This document shows, in pieces, positions 20,200-30,116 of a DNA stretch of 64,000 nucleotides. A program made the translations under genes and the position numbers. This DNA comes from Candidatus Latescibacterota bacterium (GTDB lineage: Bacteria > Latescibacterota > UBA2968 > GCA-2709665). The notes below the pieces were generated by a model. That model was not told the DNA's origin. It saw nothing but the letters and a program-made list of their open reading frames with translations, and did no database searches. The stretch spans positions 3,744,001-3,808,000 of the forward strand of contig OZ252100.1 of the NCBI GenBank assembly GCA_965248435.1, read 5' to 3'. Positions within the stretch are counted from its first letter, which is position 1. Each line of letters opens with the position of its first letter.

Positions 20200-20449
20200 A
20201 GGCCGCAGTTCGTCGATCGAAAAGACCGGGTACCGGGAAACCAAAACACGGGTACCGGGTACCGTAAACCCCGTCGTTCGTCCTTCGCGAAATATGGCGT
20301 TGGCTGGCCCGCTTACCTAACCGGCAAATAGGCATCACGTTGACGTGACACTTCTCTGAATCTGCAAACTGTCTTGAGCTTTCCCAGAAATTAGGTAACC
20401 AATAACAAATAAAGTAAGTTATGAATTTTCCCGAGGTGAGTGGCCTTTT

Positions 20450-20465
20450 GGGTACGGATCTTGCA
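20450..20465 (+). promoter_or_regulatory. candidate sigma54 (-24/-12) promoter
   Basis: gGGTACGgatcTTGCA, GG-N10-GC spacing, ~90 bp upstream of 20553. Confidence 0.5.
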
Positions 20466-20552
20466 ATTCATTTAATGAATATCAAAATAAGTGAATATCT
20501 TTAAGGGGTTGAGGGCGGGAAGGCAGGAAATCACACCCAGGTAGATCTGAAA

Positions 20553-21746
20553 ATGAAGAGGGTTCTTTATACAGCGGTTCTTGCGGTTTCTGGATTCTCG
20601 CTGTTCGGCTGCGGCGGAGATTCTGCGACGAATTCAGGAAATTCTGGCGCTCCGACCGGCGGCGGGGGTCCCAGCGGTGCTGCTCCGGCGCCGTTCGACG
20701 CGGGGGTAGGTTCGTCGGCCGCGGGTGGACAAAACTTCCTGGATGTCCCCTCGTTTCCTCTGGACCAGATTGAGGAAATCACTTCCAGAGACGGGATCCC
20801 GGCGCTGACCGATCCACCTTTTGTCGATCCCGGCCACGAAGGGGCCGCTTACCTCGAAGACAGCGACCTGGTCCTGGGTTTGCGGATCGGCCCAGTGGCC
20901 AAGGCCTATCCGCACAACATCGGATGGTGGCACGAGATCGTGAACGATATCGTAGGTGGTTCCCTTGTGGTGACCTTCTGTCCACTGACAGGCACCGGAA
21001 TGGTGTTCCGCGATGGGAATGGAGAACTCGGAGGGAGGTTCACGGCAGGGGTGTCCGGTTTGCTCTTCAACAACAATCTGATCATGTACGACCGTCGCGA
21101 TGAAGAGACGCTCTATCCGCAGATGACCTTCTCTGGGATAAAGGGCAGCAACTACAGGGAATCCCTCGTGCTGATGCCTGTCATCGAGACCACCTGGGGT
21201 TACTGGAAGCGGCTGCACCCGAACACGACCGTGGTGAGCTCATTGAACGGCGAATACACGCCGGATATGTATTTGCATTACCCGTATGGTGACTACAGAG
21301 AGCTGGATACATTGCCCATCTTCTCCGTGTTCCCGCGCCTGGATTCTAACCCGATGGCAGAACGGTTCGAACCCAAATCCAGGGTCCTCGGCGTCCGGTT
21401 CGGTTCGCAGGCCAAGGCCTACCCCTTCGAAAACTTGGAAAACGAAGCGGTGATCAACGACAATGTGGCCGGACAAGACATCGTCGTCGTGTATTACGGC
21501 GCGGAACAGCTGGCTATTGCCTACTTTCGGTGGATGGATCAGACGCTGACGTTCGACAGGGTGGCGTCGAACGACCCGGTTTATCCCTTTATGCTCAAGG
21601 ACAAGGAGACCGGGACGGTCTGGAACCTGATGGGCGAGGCGATTGAGGGGCAACTCGAGGGCAGGGAATTAGCTCAGGTTCCGGCGCACAACGCCTTCTG
21701 GTTCGCCTGGGCCACCTTCTGGCGCGACACGGAGATCTTTCAGTAG
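20553..21746 (+). CDS. DUF3179 family lipoprotein
   Basis: Lipobox LFGC; DGIPAL, KAYP, HEIVND, TFCPLTG, GVSGLL, FWFAW. Confidence 0.88.
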   Translation: MKRVLYTAVLAVSGFSLFGCGGDSATNSGNSGAPTGGGGPSGAAPAPFDAGVGSSAAGGQNFLDVPSFPLDQIEEITSRDGIPALTDPPFVDPGHEGAAYLEDSDLVLGLRIGPVAKAYPHNIGWWHEIVNDIVGGSLVVTFCPLTGTGMVFRDGNGELGGRFTAGVSGLLFNNNLIMYDRRDEETLYPQMTFSGIKGSNYRESLVLMPVIETTWGYWKRLHPNTTVVSSLNGEYTPDMYLHYPYGDYRELDTLPIFSVFPRLDSNPMAERFEPKSRVLGVRFGSQAKAYPFENLENEAVINDNVAGQDIVVVYYGAEQLAIAYFRWMDQTLTFDRVASNDPVYPFMLKDKETGTVWNLMGEAIEGQLEGRELAQVPAHNAFWFAWATFWRDTEIFQ

Positions 21747-21843
21747 ATCGTAATGCCGTCGTTCGTCGCTCGTCGCTCGTCGTTCGCAAACCAAAAGCAA
21801 ATCTTACCGCAGAGGCGCAGAGGCGAAGAGGACGCAGAGGAAA

Positions 21844-21938
21844 ACCGGGTACCGGGATAGGTAGATAGGTTACAGAGACCTGACGGTTTGGGGGCGACGC
21901 CTGCGTCGCCCCGAGAAACCAAAACACGGGTATCGGGG
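21844..21938 (+). repeat. GGTACC-pair repeat, long form
   Basis: Matches 887-980. Confidence 0.9.
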
Positions 21939-22044
21939 AAAAGAAGCAATAATCAATATCCAGTGTCCAATAATCAAGCGTGACGAAACGAAGTGGTTCA
22001 CCTTCGTGGGGAATCACCCATAGATACGAGATACGGATTCACCC

Positions 22045-22157
22045 TCCGCGGCCCTGATGGCTTTCGGCGAAGCATTTGGCGAGTTCAGGGACGCCGGCAA
22101 CTGGCGACTTCTACAGATTGAGCATAGTACCCTAACCCCAACATTCGGCGAAGAACC
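22045..22157 (-). mobile_element. degenerate end of an ISL3-derived non-autonomous element
   Basis: ccgcggccctga...ttctaca...ccccaacattcggcgaagaacc aligns by eye with 43799-43913. Confidence 0.6.
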
Positions 22158-22158
22158 T

Positions 22159-22188
22159 AAAAAGAGGCCCTACATATGGGCCTTTTTT
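22159..22188. terminator. intrinsic terminator, probably bidirectional
   Basis: aaaaagaggccc-tacatat-gggcctttttt. Confidence 0.7.
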
Positions 22189-22393
22189 GCATGCCTCGTG
22201 CCCTCATCTCGATGACCCTTCATCTCATTCCGCATAAAATTATATTTTTCAAATAGTTAGATCAATACGCCCTATCCATAACGGTCCTAAGACCCAAAGA
22301 AGGCTCAAGTCATTTATTTACAAATCGTTATGTCTGAAAAATCAGACGGCTTGATATGCGTGTGATTTTTTTCATCGAAAATGGCGAATTTTC

Positions 22394-22423
22394 TTGACAT
22401 GAGGCGTGCATCCTGCGTAATTT
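22394..22423 (+). promoter_or_regulatory. candidate sigma70 promoter of TBDR operon
   Basis: TTGACA (22394) N18 TAATTT in an AT-rich intergenic region. Confidence 0.55.
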
Positions 22424-22651
22424 TATAAATCTCAGCCGGGGGTTATTTCTTTAATCCACGCTTTCTTATGCTAGTAGTTCCTCACATTCAAGATTTTTCA
22501 AGGAGGTGATGCCTAGTTGAGCGGCGCTTATGAGTTTTTCAGGGCAAAACGGTTGTTGCGATTTGCCGTTGTTGTTCCACTTGCCGAAGATCGATGAGGG
22601 CAATCGCAACTGTCGCGCAGTTTCTACCGGGATAGATTTAGGAGGTAATAC

Positions 22652-25600
22652 ATGAAGTACCTACTAAGTTTCTTTTGCTTACTGTTGGCCGGGCTGATGA
22701 TCGCGTTCAGTCCGGACAACGTGATGGCAAGCACGTTCGGTAAGGTCCAGGGCGTGGTCGTCGACGCGGACGGCAATCCGCTTCCGGGGGCCAACGTCGT
22801 GGTCGAGGGCACCCAGCGCGGCGCCACGACCGATGCCGAGGGTTACTACCTAATCCTGGCAGTGGATCCTGGCCGGCATCGCGTCACGGCATCGATGGTC
22901 GGGTATACCACCTGGACGCAGGAAGCGGTATCGGTGCAGTCGGACTTCACGGCCAAGCTGGACTTCACGCTGGCGGAGGCTGCGCTGGAGGCCGCCGAGA
23001 TGGTGGTGACGGCACGGCGTCCTGCGGTGGAGCCGGACAAGACGACGAGCCGTTACGTTGTGGATATCTTCGACATTCAGAGCGTGCCGCTGGCGCGGGA
23101 CACCGATGACCTGCTGGAGCTGCAGCCGGGTGTGTCGGTGGACGGCAACGTGCGCCTCCGGGGCAGCGACACCGCAGAGACCAACTCCGCGCCTCAGCAG
23201 TATTACGAGGTGGACGGAGTCAAGATGCTCAACGACGACACCTACCTCGACTACCAGCAGTGGATCCCGCTGAACAAGGGCGCACTGCAGGAGGTGGTGG
23301 TGACCGTAGGCGGGATGGACGCCGAGTACGGTGGCGCCTCTGGCGGCGTGATCAGCATGGTCACCAGGGAGTCCGGATCCAGGTTCGGTGGCCAGGTCGA
23401 ATACCGGTTGCAGCCGCCGGGCGTCAAACACTTTGGACCCAACGTCTACGACAGCGGCTGGCTCAAGCGTTACATCGGGCTGGCCAACCCCTGGTCCGAC
23501 TCGGAGTTTACGTCGAGCCACAGCCGGACCGACTACGACGAGAAGATAGGTCACTGGATCGAGGGTTCGATTCACGGCCCGCTGTCCGAGAACGCCGGGT
23601 TCTTCGTGAATGCCAAGACCGACCGGACGGCGCCCGTCACCCCCAACGCCAACATGGGTCCGCCGGACAACTTCTCGGGGATGGGGAGCTTAACCTTCCG
23701 CACGGGCGGCACAATGAAGTTCAAGTTGGGCGGTATTTATTCCACCCGCGACCAGTATGATGGGGACCAGTTGGGCTATTTCCGCAGGGGTCCCTTCATT
23801 GGTAAACGTTTTTATTTTGGGGGGGGAACAAACGCCACGGATGCCTCCGCCATGTTCCTGCCGGAGGGGTTTGCTTCCCACGGCGTGCATACCTTCAAGG
23901 AGAGTGCCCTCTATTTGACGGCCACGCATACGATCTCGCCGAAGACCTTCTACGACATCCGGGTCTCCTGGCAGAATTCGAGGACCACTACCGACGTTGC
24001 CGCTGCGGAGGGCTCGTCGGAGACGAAATCCAGGGATTCCTACGGGTTTACCCAGCAATACAGTGTCTATTCGCTTATGGATCACGATCGCAAACGCATC
24101 TCGTTAAAGGCGGACGTGACGAGCCAGGTGGCCAAGCAGATCCTGGCTAAGGTCGGGCTGGAGGCCTACCGTTATGACCTGCTGGCGTTTGAATATCACG
24201 ACCTGAGGCCGGGTGGGACTGAGCGGCGGATCCGCATGGCCGGCAAGGGCAACATATACGATGGATGGGAGCCCTTCAACCCGAAGCAGGTCGGGGCCTA
24301 CGTCCAGACCAAGATGGAGTTCGAGGGCCTGGTGATCAACGCGGGCGTCCGGGCGGACGCCCTGCACGCGGGTGACATCTGGGTGCAGGACGGCCAGCAG
24401 TGGTGGCACTGGTGGCGGATGCGGCGCTTCGAGAACGTGCCGTTCCGGTCGACCAAATGGATCACGAACTTGAGCCCACGGCTCGGCATCTCGCACCCGA
24501 TTACGGAGCGCTCCACGGTCCGATTCTACTCCGGCGTGCTCCACGAGATGCCCTCCAAGCAGTTCCTCTACGACCGCGGGTTCAGGTCGCGCACAGTAGA
24601 CACCGATGTGAACGGCAACGGGCAGATCGACCAGACGGAACTCGGCAACTCGCTCGAGCAGCCGCACAATCAGCGGTATGCCACGACGGACCTCGACCCG
24701 CAGCGCACGGTCACGTTCGAAGCCGGGGTAGACTGGAACTTCGCCGGCGACTATGTGCTCAGCTCCACGGCCTACTTCAAGGACCTGGAGGGGCAGATCA
24801 TGCAGCGGCGGTATTACTGGGTGGCCAACACCGACCTGTGGCCGGACGGCGTGACGAAGGACAACTCCTTCCGGTCGGGCAACATCTCGACGGTGAAGAC
24901 CTCCCGCGGGTTCGAGCTTTCGTTCAAGAAGATGTTCAGCCAGATGACCTCGTTCAACCTGTCCTGGAACACGCAGTGGCTGAAGGCGGGTCAGGGGACG
25001 TGGACGGTGGTCTTCTTCCACGACCCGGCCTTCGTGGATGGCCCGGACTTTTTCCTGGGCGTAGACTCGAATTCCGACGGAACGGAGACGCCCAGGGTCC
25101 CGACGGCGGCGGAACGGGCCGACTACAAGGCTCGCGCACAGGCGAATTTCGACGCGCACCTCGCCAATGTGGGCGCGGACAACGGGCCCCAGGGCTACGT
25201 GCTGCAGCCGTTGCGGGTCGAGGGGTATAACCAGACGTTTGCGAGCCATCGGGCTGTCTACCGGCTTCCGACCCCGACGAACGGGATCGACCGACGCAAC
25301 TACGCGGCGCTTCAGTTCCTGTTCTCGGCCCCGGCAGATTATGAATTCAAGGCCCTGGCCGGGAGCCGTGTGACGATGCTCTACCGGATCCAGGGCGGCA
25401 CGCCCTATAATTACACGCCGCCTGACGCACCGACGCAGCTTCGCAACTCGCCGATCAACACGGTGACCGACCTGAACCTGGAGAAGGACTTCAGCTTCGG
25501 CCAGTCCGGGACGGCCACGGCCTTCGTGGAGATCCGGAACCTGTTCAACCAGAAGGACGAGCTGCCGAGGACGGCCAACTACGTCCGCTACGGGCTGTCG

Positions 25601-25759
25601 GAGTTTGAGCCCGAGGACGCGAACTTCCTGAAGTACGGGGACTACCAAGACATGACCCGGTTTTCACTGGGGCAGAGCGAGTCCTACGGCGCGGTTACCG
25701 GCGGTGGCGTAGGGGAACAGCCGCGCCTGTTCGTCTTCGGCGCACGCCTGTCGTTCTAA
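22652..25759 (+). CDS. TonB-dependent receptor with N-terminal carboxypeptidase-regulatory-like domain
   Basis: Signal peptide, GNPLPGANVVVEGT, plug (LQPGV, LRGS, GGMDAEYG), SPRLG, NLFN, C-terminal LSF; SD aggaggt. Confidence 0.92.
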   Translation: MKYLLSFFCLLLAGLMIAFSPDNVMASTFGKVQGVVVDADGNPLPGANVVVEGTQRGATTDAEGYYLILAVDPGRHRVTASMVGYTTWTQEAVSVQSDFTAKLDFTLAEAALEAAEMVVTARRPAVEPDKTTSRYVVDIFDIQSVPLARDTDDLLELQPGVSVDGNVRLRGSDTAETNSAPQQYYEVDGVKMLNDDTYLDYQQWIPLNKGALQEVVVTVGGMDAEYGGASGGVISMVTRESGSRFGGQVEYRLQPPGVKHFGPNVYDSGWLKRYIGLANPWSDSEFTSSHSRTDYDEKIGHWIEGSIHGPLSENAGFFVNAKTDRTAPVTPNANMGPPDNFSGMGSLTFRTGGTMKFKLGGIYSTRDQYDGDQLGYFRRGPFIGKRFYFGGGTNATDASAMFLPEGFASHGVHTFKESALYLTATHTISPKTFYDIRVSWQNSRTTTDVAAAEGSSETKSRDSYGFTQQYSVYSLMDHDRKRISLKADVTSQVAKQILAKVGLEAYRYDLLAFEYHDLRPGGTERRIRMAGKGNIYDGWEPFNPKQVGAYVQTKMEFEGLVINAGVRADALHAGDIWVQDGQQWWHWWRMRRFENVPFRSTKWITNLSPRLGISHPITERSTVRFYSGVLHEMPSKQFLYDRGFRSRTVDTDVNGNGQIDQTELGNSLEQPHNQRYATTDLDPQRTVTFEAGVDWNFAGDYVLSSTAYFKDLEGQIMQRRYYWVANTDLWPDGVTKDNSFRSGNISTVKTSRGFELSFKKMFSQMTSFNLSWNTQWLKAGQGTWTVVFFHDPAFVDGPDFFLGVDSNSDGTETPRVPTAAERADYKARAQANFDAHLANVGADNGPQGYVLQPLRVEGYNQTFASHRAVYRLPTPTNGIDRRNYAALQFLFSAPADYEFKALAGSRVTMLYRIQGGTPYNYTPPDAPTQLRNSPINTVTDLNLEKDFSFGQSGTATAFVEIRNLFNQKDELPRTANYVRYGLSEFEPEDANFLKYGDYQDMTRFSLGQSESYGAVTGGGVGEQPRLFVFGARLSF

Positions 25760-25793
25760 ATGGCAGCGCATTCACACAGAAGGAGTCTTACCC

Positions 25794-28145
25794 ATGTTCG
25801 GTAATCACTTGAAGAGATGGGCGGTACTCGGCCTGGCTGCGGCTGCGTTGCTTGCCGTAGACACGCTGGGCGTCTCGGCCCAGATCAGCATGATGTCCTC
25901 CAGGCGCAACCTGGACCGTGGCAACGTGTGGAACGGGTTCGCGAACAACGGCGTCACCAGCTCGGCCTTCCCAGGGAAGGGCAACCGGGGGATGTGGATG
26001 CTGAGCTTCCCGGGGACCCCGGCGAGCTCGTGCGCGGCCCCTCAGGTGGACTGGTACTGGTTTGTCAAGCCAACGGGGCACTGCGGGGCCTACGAGGGCA
26101 CGATGTTTTCTGTGAGCGAGGGCCTGATCTCGCTGACACAGGTGGGGGGCGAAAAGTATGCCTCCTTTACGGGGCCGCGGCAGACCACCCCGGAGGTCCT
26201 CCCCCACACCTACGATATCCAGAACAGCCCCGAGGCGACCTGGGGCATCGACACGAAGTCGAGTAAATCCGATGCTAAGAAACCCGGAGAGAGCACGTCC
26301 AACTGGTATCCTGGGGCGACGCCGCTTTCCGGCGATCCGACGACCCAGCGTCCGTATGAGATCCACAACTACGACTACGGGATCTACTCGCCTATGCAGA
26401 ATATGGCCGAGACGATCATGATCTCGGAGTGGGAGTCGAACGAGCACGGCGGGTCCAACGCGCTCACGGCCAAGCGGAGAGTGCTGGCCTGGAGCAACCA
26501 GGACCTGGACGACATGCTCGTCCACGAGCTGGTCTGGACGAACACCTCCAACTCGCAGATCACGGGGGCCTACTTCGGGGGAATCAACGGCTTCAACATC
26601 AACCAGACCGGCAACACCTCCCGCTTCGGCTACCACGGCGGCCGGCACTATTTCAGAGACGATGATTCGGACGAGTGGATCGACTGGTCCGAGGCCGCCG
26701 GGTTCAAAGGGAACGCCAATCTTGTCGGGCGGAACTGGCACGTGCAGTGGGACGGGGACCTCCCGTTGACGCCTGACGACGACACGGGCGACCCGTTCAT
26801 TGCGGCGGTCTGCATCCTTGCTGCCTGCGTCGACCCGAGCTGGCTGAACGCGAGCCTACGGCCGGACGGCATGCCGCTTTCTCCGGACTACGTCGGGTAC
26901 GGCGCCCTGGCCTATAGGAGCAGCGGCACCGGGGCCTGGAACAACGCGGACGCTGCCGCGGGGTATGTGGAGCCCGCGGGAGATCCGCTCTTTCATTTCT
27001 GGAAGCAAGAGTCCGGGAACGATGTCGTGGACCCGGCGGACGGATTAGGCCCGGTCTCAAACGACGACCGCTACGCCGCCTGGACGGCGGCTTCCCACGC
27101 GCCGCCTTCGCAAGTGGAGCTGGGCTTCGTCGACGTGTTGTATGGGCCCTACACGATGGACTCGGGGGACCAGGTGAAGCTCGTGATGGCGAATGTGGTG
27201 GGCACCGGCTCTCACGTCACGATCAACTCCCAGACGGGATATCCTATAGACCCGACACAATGGCAGATGAACACGGTCGGGTCGAAGGGGACGGACGACG
27301 CGTTCCGCAATGCCGAGCTGGCCAAGGGCCACGATGGGCTGTGGACGAACATCAGCCACGCGGAGTTCGCCTACTCGAACGAGTGGCAGGTCCCCAACAC
27401 ACCGCCGGATGTCGAATTCACGGTGAAGAACAGCGATAGCGCTCAAAACCTGGTCGAATGGACCGGCGCCGCCGAAAGCGCGATCAACCCGGACTACGGG
27501 ACGGCCGACGTCGTGGCCTACCGTGTCTACCAGTCGCTCTATGCGGAATATGGTCCATGGATCATGAAGACCGAGGTCCCGGCCACCGGGGCGGGCACCT
27601 CCTATTCCTGGGCCGACAGTGAGTCCCTGGCCGGGTTCGCCAACTTCTACAACGTGCGGGCCGTGACCTCTGCGAAGTCGGTCTGGAGCGAGGGGACGAA
27701 GACCCTTGCGGATCTGCCCGCGCAGATGGCGTCTCACGTGACCGGCGGGATGGAGGGCGGCTATTCGGCACCTGAGCAGAGGACGCTGAAAGATTTTGTA
27801 CCGAGCCAGCCTCCGACGGCGGCCGGCGACGCGCTGGATACGCAGATCCGCGTGGTGCCCAACCCGCTGAACCAACGCGCGGCCAACCAGAGCTACGCCG
27901 GGGCGCTCAAGATGCGGTTCGTGGGCATCCCCACCCAGGCCAAGATCTCGATCTACAGCGTGGGCGGCGACCTGGTCTCGCAGCTCTACCACAGAAATAG
28001 CACCTCCGGTGAGGCCAAATTCACGCTGAAGAACGCTACGCTCACCAGCGAGCTGATGACGGGGGTCTACTACTGGGTGGTGGAGAGCCTGCTTCCCTCG
28101 AGTGCCGGGAAGACGCAGAGCGGTTACCTGGTCATCCACAGGTAG
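25794..28145 (+). CDS. secreted protein with Fn3-like region and T9SS C-terminal sorting domain
   Basis: Sec signal peptide with no lipobox; C-terminus IRVVPNP...ISIYSVGGDLV...GVYYWVV. Confidence 0.8.
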   Translation: MFGNHLKRWAVLGLAAAALLAVDTLGVSAQISMMSSRRNLDRGNVWNGFANNGVTSSAFPGKGNRGMWMLSFPGTPASSCAAPQVDWYWFVKPTGHCGAYEGTMFSVSEGLISLTQVGGEKYASFTGPRQTTPEVLPHTYDIQNSPEATWGIDTKSSKSDAKKPGESTSNWYPGATPLSGDPTTQRPYEIHNYDYGIYSPMQNMAETIMISEWESNEHGGSNALTAKRRVLAWSNQDLDDMLVHELVWTNTSNSQITGAYFGGINGFNINQTGNTSRFGYHGGRHYFRDDDSDEWIDWSEAAGFKGNANLVGRNWHVQWDGDLPLTPDDDTGDPFIAAVCILAACVDPSWLNASLRPDGMPLSPDYVGYGALAYRSSGTGAWNNADAAAGYVEPAGDPLFHFWKQESGNDVVDPADGLGPVSNDDRYAAWTAASHAPPSQVELGFVDVLYGPYTMDSGDQVKLVMANVVGTGSHVTINSQTGYPIDPTQWQMNTVGSKGTDDAFRNAELAKGHDGLWTNISHAEFAYSNEWQVPNTPPDVEFTVKNSDSAQNLVEWTGAAESAINPDYGTADVVAYRVYQSLYAEYGPWIMKTEVPATGAGTSYSWADSESLAGFANFYNVRAVTSAKSVWSEGTKTLADLPAQMASHVTGGMEGGYSAPEQRTLKDFVPSQPPTAAGDALDTQIRVVPNPLNQRAANQSYAGALKMRFVGIPTQAKISIYSVGGDLVSQLYHRNSTSGEAKFTLKNATLTSELMTGVYYWVVESLLPSSAGKTQSGYLVIHR

Positions 28146-28187
28146 GACGGACGAGAAAACAACCTCATTCATAAAGGGAAACACGCC

Positions 28188-29231
28188 ATGAAATGGATTG
28201 TATGCACCGTCACCGTCCTGGCGCTGGCTGCGGCTCTACCGTTTGCATCTGCCCCGGCATGGGCCCAGGCCGAAATTGTAACGACAGACTTCCAGGACAT
28301 CCCCTTCGAACCGAAGGCGTCGCTCTCGGACGAGACGCTGTCGGACTTCGACCGCTTTACGAAGCAGAATCCGTCCACATTCCACTTCCTGAAGATCGCG
28401 CCCACGGCCCGACTGGAGTCGATGGGTGAGGCCTTCTCGGCGGTGGCGGACGGGATGGACGCGATCTACTACAACCCCGCGGGGATCGCCAGCATCGAGA
28501 AGTTCGGGTGGTCCTTCGGTGGGATGCGGTGGTTCGGCGATATGGACTACTACACGGGGGCGCTCGCGATCAACACCAAGTTCGGTGTGCTCGGGTTTTC
28601 TGTGATCACCCTCAGTTTTCCGGACGTCGAGCAGACCACGGCCCTGGCCCCGGATGGCACGGGTTCGATGCTGGACCTGGGCGACACGGGCCTCGGTTTT
28701 CACTATGCCTATCAGATGACCGACAAGTTGTCGGCGGGCGTCCAGCTGCGTTACGTGAAGTCCAAGCTGGGCATTGACGAAGAGATCACCGCGGTCCTGC
28801 TGAGCGCGGGCACGATGATGCACACCGGGTTCGAGAGCCTCAGGATCGGCATGGGCATCAAGAACCTGGGGAGCGACGTCAGCGCGATCGAGATCTTCGA
28901 GTCGTCTCAGCCCGTGGTCTTCAACCTCGGCCTGGCCGGGGAGGTGATGGGCAACGTGGGCGACCCGATGTATGTGACGGCGGCCTTCGAGGGCGCCTAT
29001 CACACCGACTCCTGGCAGAGGTATCATCTGGGTGCGGAGCTGTGGCTGAATAACATGCTCGCGCTTCGCGCCGGGAACCGGTGGCGGTATGATGCGCAGA
29101 GCTGGAGTGTGGGCGCCGGCGTCAAGGGCACCTTCAGCGGTCGCAGCATTATGGCCGACGTGTCCTACTCAGAGCTGGATGAACTGCTCGACCACAAGCC
29201 GATTCGGTTTACGGTGAGCGGCGCGTTCTAG
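28188..29231 (+). CDS. porV: PorV/PorQ-family outer-membrane beta-barrel
   Basis: FLKIAPTAR..SMGEAF.AVAD..DAIYYNPAG signature, amphipathic strands, terminal Phe. Confidence 0.85.
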   Translation: MKWIVCTVTVLALAAALPFASAPAWAQAEIVTTDFQDIPFEPKASLSDETLSDFDRFTKQNPSTFHFLKIAPTARLESMGEAFSAVADGMDAIYYNPAGIASIEKFGWSFGGMRWFGDMDYYTGALAINTKFGVLGFSVITLSFPDVEQTTALAPDGTGSMLDLGDTGLGFHYAYQMTDKLSAGVQLRYVKSKLGIDEEITAVLLSAGTMMHTGFESLRIGMGIKNLGSDVSAIEIFESSQPVVFNLGLAGEVMGNVGDPMYVTAAFEGAYHTDSWQRYHLGAELWLNNMLALRAGNRWRYDAQSWSVGAGVKGTFSGRSIMADVSYSELDELLDHKPIRFTVSGAF

Positions 29232-29280
29232 CGAAGGCAGAGCAGGCACTCGGCGAAATGCCGGGTGAGTCAGGTAATGC

Positions 29281-29320
29281 AAGCCGCCCGGAGCAGGAGC
29301 TCCGGGCGGCTTTATTATTT
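29281..29320 (+). terminator. intrinsic terminator closing TBDR operon
   Basis: aagccgcccggagc-agga-gctccgggcggctt followed by a T-rich run. Confidence 0.85.
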
Positions 29321-29343
29321 CTCGAAATTCACGAATGCCCGCG

Positions 29344-29962
29344 CAGCGAGGAAATGAATTTCCACGCTGGAACGGCGGGAAGTCCGGACAAGCCGGACTC
29401 AATGCCGTCGCTCGTCGTTCGTAATTCGAGAGGTATCCATTCAATAGATGGCAGCGGATTGGCTTCGGGACGAGTCCGACGCAGGAGGACTTCTCGATTC
29501 TCCCAGCGCGGGAATTCATTCCCGCGCTGAGGGGGCTACCGCACGAATCCTAATGAAAGCCGTACGAAAGGAGGGGGCGGGGGAGGGGTCCCAGCCCGGG
29601 TCACATATTTTGCCCGGTCCTGCAGCGAGGAAATGAATTTCCACGCTCGAACGGCGGGAAGTCCGGACAAGCCGGACTGAATTCCGTCGCTCGTCGCTCG
29701 TCGTTCGTAATTCGAGACGTATCCATTCAATGGATTCAACGGATTGGCTTCTGGACGAGTCCGACGCAGGAGGACTTCCCGCTTCTCTCAGCGCGGGAAT
29801 TCATTCCCGCGCTGGGGCCCCCCCGCACGAATCCTAATGAAAGCCGTACGAAAGGAGGGGGCGGGGGAGGGGTCCCAGCCCGGGTCACGTATTTTGCCCG
29901 GTCCTGCAGCGAGGAAATGAATTTCCACGCTGGAACAGCAGGAAGTCCGGACAAGCCGGACT
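29344..29962. mobile_element. tandem non-autonomous derivatives of the TnpA element (two complete units plus a third left end; ~284-bp period)
   Basis: Left/right end hairpins matching 18289/18847 at 29344-29529 and 29623-29814; left end alone at 29907-29962. Confidence 0.85.
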
Positions 29963-30116
29963 ATTCAACGCGTATCTATAGCATATGTTCAAAGGCAGGG
30001 AGAACGGCACATAAGAGGCGAGATCGATTTCGCTTTTAGAATTATTGCATCGGGCTACTTTATAGACTCGCACGACGCTGAAGAGGTACCGCGCGAATTC
30101 TCAGGAGAAACCCACC

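Noticed and set aside
20553-21746. Selenocysteine recoding in the DUF3179 gene
   Set aside because: ORF is uninterrupted and has Cys (TGT) in the CPLTG motif.
29344-29962. 284-bp tandem array as a CRISPR or guide-RNA array
   Set aside because: Units are near-identical throughout and match the TnpA element ends; there are no unique spacers.
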